Origin: an uncultured Treponema sp.
GTDB lineage: Bacteria; Spirochaetota; Spirochaetia; Treponematales; Treponemataceae
Reading direction: 5' to 3'
Assembly: GCA_937901865.1 (NCBI GenBank)
Contig: CALDID010000179.1
Span: 4,096-68,095 of the forward strand
Length of the DNA: 64,000 nucleotides
The position numbers were made by a program, and so were the translations under genes. Below the pieces are notes generated by a model. That model was not told the origin of the DNA. It was given only the letters and a program-made list of their open reading frames with translations, and made no database searches. Shown piece after piece: positions 57,779-64,000 of the stretch. Position 1 is the first letter of the stretch. Each line of letters starts with the position of its first letter.

Positions 57779-58117
57779 ATGAGTTTTTGGAAGAACGTGA
57801 TTAAAGAACTGGAATATCGAGGAATAAGCCGCAAAGAGCTTGCGTTTTCGCTGGGAATGAACAATATGACTATTCACAAAGCCATCGAGCGCGACAGTAT
57901 GCCAGCTGCCGATACTGCGCTTCGCATTGCAAAAACGCTCGGCGTTTCATTGGAATATCTGCTCGATATGCCTTCGGAAAGCGCAAGCGAAAACTGCGAC
58001 AATGAAAAAGATATTGCGTTGTACAAAAAATATAGCACGGTGCTTGATAGGCTCGAAACGTTAAGCCAGCGAGAAATTTCAGCGGTGTCGCAACTCGTCG
58101 CAGCTCTTTCGCTCTGA
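57779..58117 (+). CDS. XRE-family HTH regulator
   Basis: GISRKELA...TI...P..DTALRIAKTLGVSLEYLL. Confidence 0.85.
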   Translation: MSFWKNVIKELEYRGISRKELAFSLGMNNMTIHKAIERDSMPAADTALRIAKTLGVSLEYLLDMPSESASENCDNEKDIALYKKYSTVLDRLETLSQREISAVSQLVAALSL

Positions 58118-58285
58118 CTGCAGAATAAAAAACAACAGGCAACAGAGCATAAAAACAAAAATGCTCGCGGTAAAAAAATATTTTTCGTCAACGAGTACCC
58201 ACATCAATTTTTCTTGCCTTTGACACTCACGTATACAAAAAAAGAGGACTCGTTACAGTCCTCTTTTGAAATCTTGGCTACAAAA

Positions 58286-60046
58286 CTATTTTTCGATTGC
58301 TTCAAACACCACAAAAACGCCGTCTTTGAGCGCGTTTGCTTCTGTTTTGTCCGAAACAAAGCCCGTCAGCTCAACGTGCAATCCTGTAAGCTGCTTTAGC
58401 TCATCTTCGCTTAACGGCTTTTGCTTTTTATCGCCAAACGACATATCAAAATGCCCTTCCATTTTCGGAGGCTCGCCAGGTGCTTTCATTTCCTGAGATT
58501 CTTGACCTTTTTTATCTCCCTGTCCTTTCATCTCACCTTGTGGTGGCGGTGGAAGAACAGAAAGTTTATATTCTTTTCCGTCGTCTGTAACAAAGCCGAT
58601 TGTTGTCATCGGTGCAGAACCGTATAGTTTTATCACGCCTGTTACTTTGCTCATTTCTTTTGGCATTGGAGGAGGATTTCCTCCCATATTCTCGCAGTGA
58701 AAATCTCCCTGCGTCTGCTGCGAAACAACTTGCACAGCCTTGCGTTCAATCGCAATTCCGATAAGTTTTCCGCCGCCTGAAAGCTTGTAGCTTTTGCCTT
58801 TCAGAGCTTTGTTTGCAGCAGCGTTCTTGTTATAGTAAAGATTATAGCCGTTAGAAATGATGTTCTTAAACTTCTTGTCCGCATCGCTGATTGATTCAAT
58901 ATAGCTGTCAGCAGTAAGGCGAACTTGCGCATTCTTTGAAAGTGTAAGCGTAACTGCGCCTCCATTATCCGCATTTATCGCGCCTGTGAAAACAACACCG
59001 TCTGCAAAGTCTAAGTTTATCGTGCTGATTTCATCGCAAATAATATCGCCTGTAAGACTTTGCTTCTCTGCCTTAAAATCAAGGTTGCCACCATTCGCCC
59101 CTCTTACGCCCCAGCCTCTCTCGCTGTTATTTCCGCTTGAGCGAATCAAAACACCCGACGGGAAAGAAAGCGTTGATTGAGAAAGATTGATTTTTGCTCT
59201 TGTGTTTGTGATATAGAAAAATGCGCCATTAGAAGAACTTTTCAGCGTGGAGTTTTTCACATTCAAAACGCTTGTGCCGACTCCTGCATCGCCAGAAAAG
59301 CTTTGGTAAAGCATAATGCCGTTCGGTCCTGCGCCCTCAATGTTTGAAGTATCAATCGAAATTGAGTTTTTGCCCTCAATGCACGCAATTTCAGAACCTG
59401 TTGCACGCCCCGTAAGATTTTTTACACTGATATTTCCCGTAGAATAGATGACAGGAGAGCCTTCGCCTGCGGTGGAAGCCGTTGCACCGTTCACCGAGAT
59501 AGTTCCTTCTCCTCTATCGGTGGCAAACGCAGCACAATGCGCGCCCTTTGTATCAATGAATACATCACTCGCATTCACCTCTCCGCCATACGTTGCATCA
59601 AGTCCGCGAGATGAGTTTTGCTTTGTAGAAATGCGCACATTTTTCGCATTTATCTTGCTGCCGTTCCCTGTGGCAAACACCGCATTTGCTCCGTCTGCGT
59701 CCGTCGTAATCGTAACGCCCGAAAGCGACACTGTGCTTTTAGAGCTAGACACAACAGCGGCATTCAAGCCGTAAAAATTGCTTTGTCCATCATTAGAAGT
59801 GTTTCCCGTCTTTGACAATGTCGCATTTGAAACAGTAACTTTTGCACCATTCTTTGCGCTGATTACGCTTTTATCAGCTTCTTCTGCGCTTATTGCTTTT
59901 CCTGCAATCTCTTTCGATTCCCCGTCGGTTTCATCTTCCGCCACAATCACAGGCTCTGCTTCATTCGGCACGCTTCCAAAGCCCTGCGCCGAAAGAGGAG
60001 AGGCAACAAGTGCTAACGCCAATGCTGCAAATCCAATTCCATTCAT
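58286..60046 (-). CDS. Secreted beta-helix / adhesin-like protein
   Basis: Signal peptide, S/G/T/N-rich beta-solenoid repeats (NFYGLNAA, SRGLDATYGG, ATDRGEG, SPVIYSTG) and a P/M-rich tail; GGAGG SD before ATG 60046. Confidence 0.7.
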   Translation of the reverse strand: MNGIGFAALALALVASPLSAQGFGSVPNEAEPVIVAEDETDGESKEIAGKAISAEEADKSVISAKNGAKVTVSNATLSKTGNTSNDGQSNFYGLNAAVVSSSKSTVSLSGVTITTDADGANAVFATGNGSKINAKNVRISTKQNSSRGLDATYGGEVNASDVFIDTKGAHCAAFATDRGEGTISVNGATASTAGEGSPVIYSTGNISVKNLTGRATGSEIACIEGKNSISIDTSNIEGAGPNGIMLYQSFSGDAGVGTSVLNVKNSTLKSSSNGAFFYITNTRAKINLSQSTLSFPSGVLIRSSGNNSERGWGVRGANGGNLDFKAEKQSLTGDIICDEISTINLDFADGVVFTGAINADNGGAVTLTLSKNAQVRLTADSYIESISDADKKFKNIISNGYNLYYNKNAAANKALKGKSYKLSGGGKLIGIAIERKAVQVVSQQTQGDFHCENMGGNPPPMPKEMSKVTGVIKLYGSAPMTTIGFVTDDGKEYKLSVLPPPPQGEMKGQGDKKGQESQEMKAPGEPPKMEGHFDMSFGDKKQKPLSEDELKQLTGLHVELTGFVSDKTEANALKDGVFVVFEAIEK

Positions 60047-60222
60047 AAAATAATTCCTCCGTCTTATCGATTTACATAAACAAAACCAACAAAAACGCCT
60101 GTACGGTTTCAAAGCATATTGTTTTATTACAGCGTTTTCTAATACTTAAACGAAATCATAAAAACGTAAAAATCTAAAAAATTCACCGCATTGTTTTATG
60201 TTATATGCTATACTAGAGTATC

Positions 60223-60966
60223 ATGATTATAAAGCACTTAATTTTCGACCTCGATAACACGCTCTATCCCGCCACAGCAAAACTTGACGACGGCATCACT
60301 GAAAGAATGATTGCCTTTGTCGCTTCTTGGCTTAAAACAGACATACAAACAGCCACTATCTTGAGAGCAGAAGGTGTGCCACGCTACGGAACAACTCTTG
60401 AATGGCTTATGAGGGAAGCAGGGCTCAAAGACATAGAATTATATTTCCGCGCTGTACACCCAGCAGGAGAAGAGGCAGAACTTGAAGCAAATCCAGAAGA
60501 AAGAGAACTGCTTTCCTCTCTTTTGCAAAGCAATCTCACGCTATCTGTTCTCACCAATGCCCCCACAGAACACGCTGTGCGTATTCTCAAAAAACTTGAC
60601 ATCTTCGATTTGTTTTCTAATATAACCGATATTCGCACATGCTCTCTTCGCGGAAAACCATACAAAAGTGCTTATGAAACAGCTTTGAACGCAATCGGCG
60701 GCAGCATAAGCGACACGCTCTTTTTCGATGACCACATCAAATACACCGACGCATTTGCAGCATTAGGCGGCACAGCTGTACTCGTGGGAAAAAACTCTTT
60801 GCCAGTAGACGCTATTCACGCATCAAGCAGTGAAGAAAAAAGTGCAGACGCAAAACGCTGGGAAAATGAGGCAATTTACAGCGAAACAAAGATTGCAGGA
60901 AGAATTTTTCACATTTCTTCGATTTTTGATGTCAAAAACCTATTGCAACAAATTACACTTTTGTAG
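60223..60966 (+). CDS. HAD hydrolase (pyrimidine 5'-nucleotidase-like)
   Basis: FDLDNTLY, YGTTL, LTNA, KP and FFDD. Confidence 0.88.
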   Translation: MIIKHLIFDLDNTLYPATAKLDDGITERMIAFVASWLKTDIQTATILRAEGVPRYGTTLEWLMREAGLKDIELYFRAVHPAGEEAELEANPEERELLSSLLQSNLTLSVLTNAPTEHAVRILKKLDIFDLFSNITDIRTCSLRGKPYKSAYETALNAIGGSISDTLFFDDHIKYTDAFAALGGTAVLVGKNSLPVDAIHASSSEEKSADAKRWENEAIYSETKIAGRIFHISSIFDVKNLLQQITLL

Positions 60967-60984
60967 TATACTCTAACTATCAAC

Positions 60985-61057
60985 GGGGATATAGCTCATC
61001 TGGTAGAGCGACAGGTTCGCAATCTGTAGGTGGTCGGTTCGAGTCCGATTATCTCCA
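60985..61057 (+). tRNA. tRNA-Ala (anticodon CGC); CCA not encoded
   Basis: Acceptor GGGGATA/TATCTCC-A with G3:U70, D arm TAGCTCATCTGGTAGAGC, anticodon arm ACAGG-TTCGCAA-TCTGT and T loop GGTTCGAGTCC. Confidence 0.96.
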
Positions 61058-61138
61058 ACTTGAATAGCAGGTACAAAAGGTATCTGCTATTTTTTTGCTT
61101 TTTTTGACAAAACACAGAATCTTTGATATGCTTTTCGT

Positions 61139-62017
61139 ATGAATTTTATTGAGTTTAACGATGTTTCTTTTACATATCCAGCCGTAGAAGGCGATGTAGA
61201 TGCAGACGGCAATCCAATCGAGCCCCGCGCTGTATTCTCTCATTTTAGTGCGCAATTTCCGAGCGGCTTTGTTAGCCTCGTCGGTCCAAACGGCAGTGGC
61301 AAATCCACTTTTATGCTTCTTGCAAGCGGTCGCCTTGTGCCCACAACTGGCAAAGTCTTGATGATGGGCAAAGATATTGCGATGATGACAGGGGAAGCAA
61401 AGAATATGAGAGCTTCTGTCATTTATCAAAATATGGAGTTTGAAACAGAAGACAAAGTCGGCGATTTATTGGCGCAAGTCTTCAAAAGCGGCACTTTGCA
61501 GGGAAAAGCACAGGGCATTTTCGGCAAAGGCGACTTGATGAGCGAAGTTATCGAGGTCTTTGAGCTTTCAGGCGTATTGAACCACACGCTCACAGGCATC
61601 AGCAAGGGCGAAATACAGCGCACCCTCTTGGCGTTTTCCATTCTCTACGGTTCTGCGTCGGTGTTTATGGACGAGCCACTGTTCGCAATGGAGTATCCGC
61701 AAAAGGAAAAAGCCCTTTCGTATTTGCGCGATTATTGCAAAAAGACGGGGACGACGATTTACATCAGTATGCACGAGTTGGACTTGACGAAACGCTTTGC
61801 AGAAAAGGTCTTGCTTTTCTATCCGAACCGCGATATGTCGTTCGGCACTCCTGAGGAAGTGTTGACGAATGAAGACCTTGAAAAAGCGTACGGCTTGCCC
61901 GTCGAGATGCTCAAAAAAGGAGAAGAATACACCAGACGAGATTTGACCGACACCGCAAAATCGATTTCTGATATGAACGCTCTCCTCAAAGCGCAATCTA
62001 CGACGAAAAACGAATAG
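61139..62017 (+). CDS. ABC transporter ATP-binding protein (no adjacent permease)
   Basis: GPNGSGKST, ISKGEIQR, FMDEP and SMHE. Confidence 0.87.
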   Translation: MNFIEFNDVSFTYPAVEGDVDADGNPIEPRAVFSHFSAQFPSGFVSLVGPNGSGKSTFMLLASGRLVPTTGKVLMMGKDIAMMTGEAKNMRASVIYQNMEFETEDKVGDLLAQVFKSGTLQGKAQGIFGKGDLMSEVIEVFELSGVLNHTLTGISKGEIQRTLLAFSILYGSASVFMDEPLFAMEYPQKEKALSYLRDYCKKTGTTIYISMHELDLTKRFAEKVLLFYPNRDMSFGTPEEVLTNEDLEKAYGLPVEMLKKGEEYTRRDLTDTAKSISDMNALLKAQSTTKNE

Positions 62018-63698
62018 AAGCAAGCTCTTCTATCGCCGCAATCTTTTCGCCGATGAGCGCGTAAAGCTCTGGAAGTTTCGCTTCTAGGGCTTTCACTTTT
62101 TCCAAGCGAGAAGCAAAGACTTCCCGCGTTTTTTTCTGCGCCAGCTTTTTCAAGATGTTCGGCACTTGCTTTATCAAGTTCACCTTTTCAAGCGCGTCCA
62201 GCTCATATTCCGCATTCGACGACAAAAGCTCTATCAGCATATCCAGCTCTTCCTCTTTCGCCTCAAAAGCGCACTTTTCCAGCACCGCATACAGCTTTCT
62301 CATCTTCGCAATCGACAGCGCGCACACTTCTTCTTTCAGCACGAGCTCTTTCGCATTTTTCAAGCAAAACTTTTCCTCCCCGCCCTTGAAAAACACGCTA
62401 ACTTCGCCCTTTTTCACTTTGCACCCCGCGCTTCGCAATCGCTTTATCGAAAACGACTTTTTGAACAGCAAGAAAAATTGCTTCCTAAACAGCACATTCG
62501 CAATCGTCGCCGCCGCCTTTTCAGAAGATTTCTTCGTCGTGTCAATCGCTAAGATGAACTCGATGTTCGACACCTCTTTTGTGTTGCTTTGCTTGCCGCC
62601 GCGAAACGTCGTGTATTCGTTCGTTACAATCGACAGCTTGCCTTTTTTCATACACAGCTTTTCCATCTCGTCAAACGGGATTATCCCGTCCGTGCTGTAG
62701 CTTATCAAAATATAGTGCGCGTCGATGCTCTCCAACAGCTCGCGAAACGCCTCCAGCGCGCTCGCCTTGTAGCAATACGCGCTCTTCGTCAAAACCCAAT
62801 CTTTGCGAATAGCCGCCTTTTCTCTCAACACGCCTTTTTCATTCAAATCTAGCGGAGCGGGGATTTTGTCCCATTTTGCAATCGTGTTCAAAATGTGATA
62901 GTTCGAACCGTATTGATGCTGATTATACGGCGGGTCAAGATAGGCGACCTCAACTCTCCCCAGCCGCTTCACGAGCGCGTTCGCGTCTTCTTTCAGCACA
63001 ATTGTTTTCGCCTTGCCGTCGATGAGGCAGGGAGAAGAAAGGCGTATCGGGCAAAGAATGCGCTTCAATGCGTCGCGGGAATGTCCGCCAAAGCCTTTGT
63101 GAAACGATTTGAACACGCCCGACGTATTTGTGTGGCAGCTCGCTTCAAAAAGCAGGAGCGACAAAAGCAAAATGCGCTCTTTCGACTCTTTTTCGGGATA
63201 TGTTTTTTCGATGTAGTTTCGGATTTTGTCAATCGTCAGCGCATTATCCCTTGTATAAAACAGCCGCTCTGTGCGAAAATCCGCCGCGTCCACGTCAAAG
63301 CTCTTCGGCGCGTAATATTTCGCCATATACTGCTCGTCTTCGCTCGGAAGCGGCAGGGCGTTAATTCTCTCCAGCACTTTTTCTATCTTTTCGCCGCCGA
63401 ACAGCGTTTTCACCTCGCTTTCGTTCAAGCCGACAAATGCGCTGTTGATAATATACGCGTATTCTTCCCAATCGTTTGAAATCACCTCAAAACCCAGCGT
63501 TTTCGCAAACCGAGAAACCACGCCGCTGCCCGAAAACAAATCCAAAAACACTTCGCCGCTATTCATCTTCACGCCGACGCTTTTCATCGCCTTATAAATC
63601 AAAGCCAAGAGCTTTCGCTTGTTTCCGATGTATGTGATAATCTGTTTCGTCAGATAATTTTCCGCTTTCGACGACTTTTTATTCTCGTTTGCACTCAT
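61998..63698 (-). CDS. Orphan N6-adenine DNA methyltransferase (D12/alpha class) with a C-terminal extension
   Basis: QIITYIGNKRKLL, DLFSGSGVVS, ISND, NTSGVFK and YLDPPYNQHQYGSNY. Confidence 0.9.
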   Translation of the reverse strand: MSANENKKSSKAENYLTKQIITYIGNKRKLLALIYKAMKSVGVKMNSGEVFLDLFSGSGVVSRFAKTLGFEVISNDWEEYAYIINSAFVGLNESEVKTLFGGEKIEKVLERINALPLPSEDEQYMAKYYAPKSFDVDAADFRTERLFYTRDNALTIDKIRNYIEKTYPEKESKERILLLSLLLFEASCHTNTSGVFKSFHKGFGGHSRDALKRILCPIRLSSPCLIDGKAKTIVLKEDANALVKRLGRVEVAYLDPPYNQHQYGSNYHILNTIAKWDKIPAPLDLNEKGVLREKAAIRKDWVLTKSAYCYKASALEAFRELLESIDAHYILISYSTDGIIPFDEMEKLCMKKGKLSIVTNEYTTFRGGKQSNTKEVSNIEFILAIDTTKKSSEKAAATIANVLFRKQFFLLFKKSFSIKRLRSAGCKVKKGEVSVFFKGGEEKFCLKNAKELVLKEEVCALSIAKMRKLYAVLEKCAFEAKEEELDMLIELLSSNAEYELDALEKVNLIKQVPNILKKLAQKKTREVFASRLEKVKALEAKLPELYALIGEKIAAIEELASIRFSS

Positions 63699-63980
63699 AA
63701 ATTTTTTTTTACTCCTTCGCTGAAGAAAAAACAGCGATAATTTTTTTTTATTCCTCCGCTGAAGAAAAAACGCTCAATAAATTTTTTTTTCAACACTCCC
63801 TGAAAAAAAAGTGAGCAATAAATTTTTTTTTACGCACTCCCTGAAGAAAAAACGCTCAATAAATTTTTTTTACGCACTCCCTGAAGAAAAAGCAGTCAAT
63901 AAAAAATTTTTTCAACGCTCCCTGAAGAAAAAGCAGTCAATAAATTTTTTTTTCAACGCTCCCTGAAGAAAAAGCAGTCA
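63697..63980. repeat. Tandem array, 7 x ~40-41 bp, directly upstream of the MTase
   Basis: Unit ATAAATTTTTTTTT-N-CTCCCTGAAGAAAAA-N. Confidence 0.92.
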
Positions 63981-63981
63981 A

Positions 63982-64000
63982 TAGACCTGTTCGGAAACAT
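63982..64000 (+). mobile_element. Left end of MITE-like element, copy 5 (cut by the window edge)
   Basis: TAGACCTGTTCGGAAACA. Confidence 0.75.

Noticed and set aside
51734..61057. Integrative element anchored at tRNA-Ala
   Set aside because: No integrase, and I found no duplicate of the tRNA 3' end; a core-looking HAD gene separates the tRNA from the accessory genes.

Overview
64 kb of a bacterial chromosome, most likely a host-associated Treponema (inferred from gene content and protein style; not verified by search). Most of it is core genes: partial polA, flgN/fliS, rmlA/C/B, lepB, a PBP, glyQS, radA, cysE, dacA, hisFH, nagZ, uvrC, uxaB, rlmB, tRNA-Ala(CGC) and an L-rhamnose catabolic cluster. 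Accessory material includes a GGCC-type (NgoPII/HaeIII-like) restriction-modification pair wedged inside the rml operon, a GmrSD-like nuclease, a half-length carB, two PIN modules and an orphan adenine methyltransferase preceded by a 7x ~41-bp array. The most unusual signals are non-coding. (i) Five copies of a 114-bp MITE-like element that carries a pair of REP-like hairpins; one copy is nested in a free REP doublet. (ii) Several intergenic tandem arrays of different sequence that share a 20-23-bp period and an internal dyad. (iii) A shared anti-Shine-Dalgarno motif in the 3' UTRs of both rhamnose transcripts that is near-complementary to the uxaB ribosome-binding site. (iv) Apparent leaderless promoters, and apparent scarcity of GGCC, GATC and CCGG. 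All calls come from reading the sequence by eye; no searches or counts were run.
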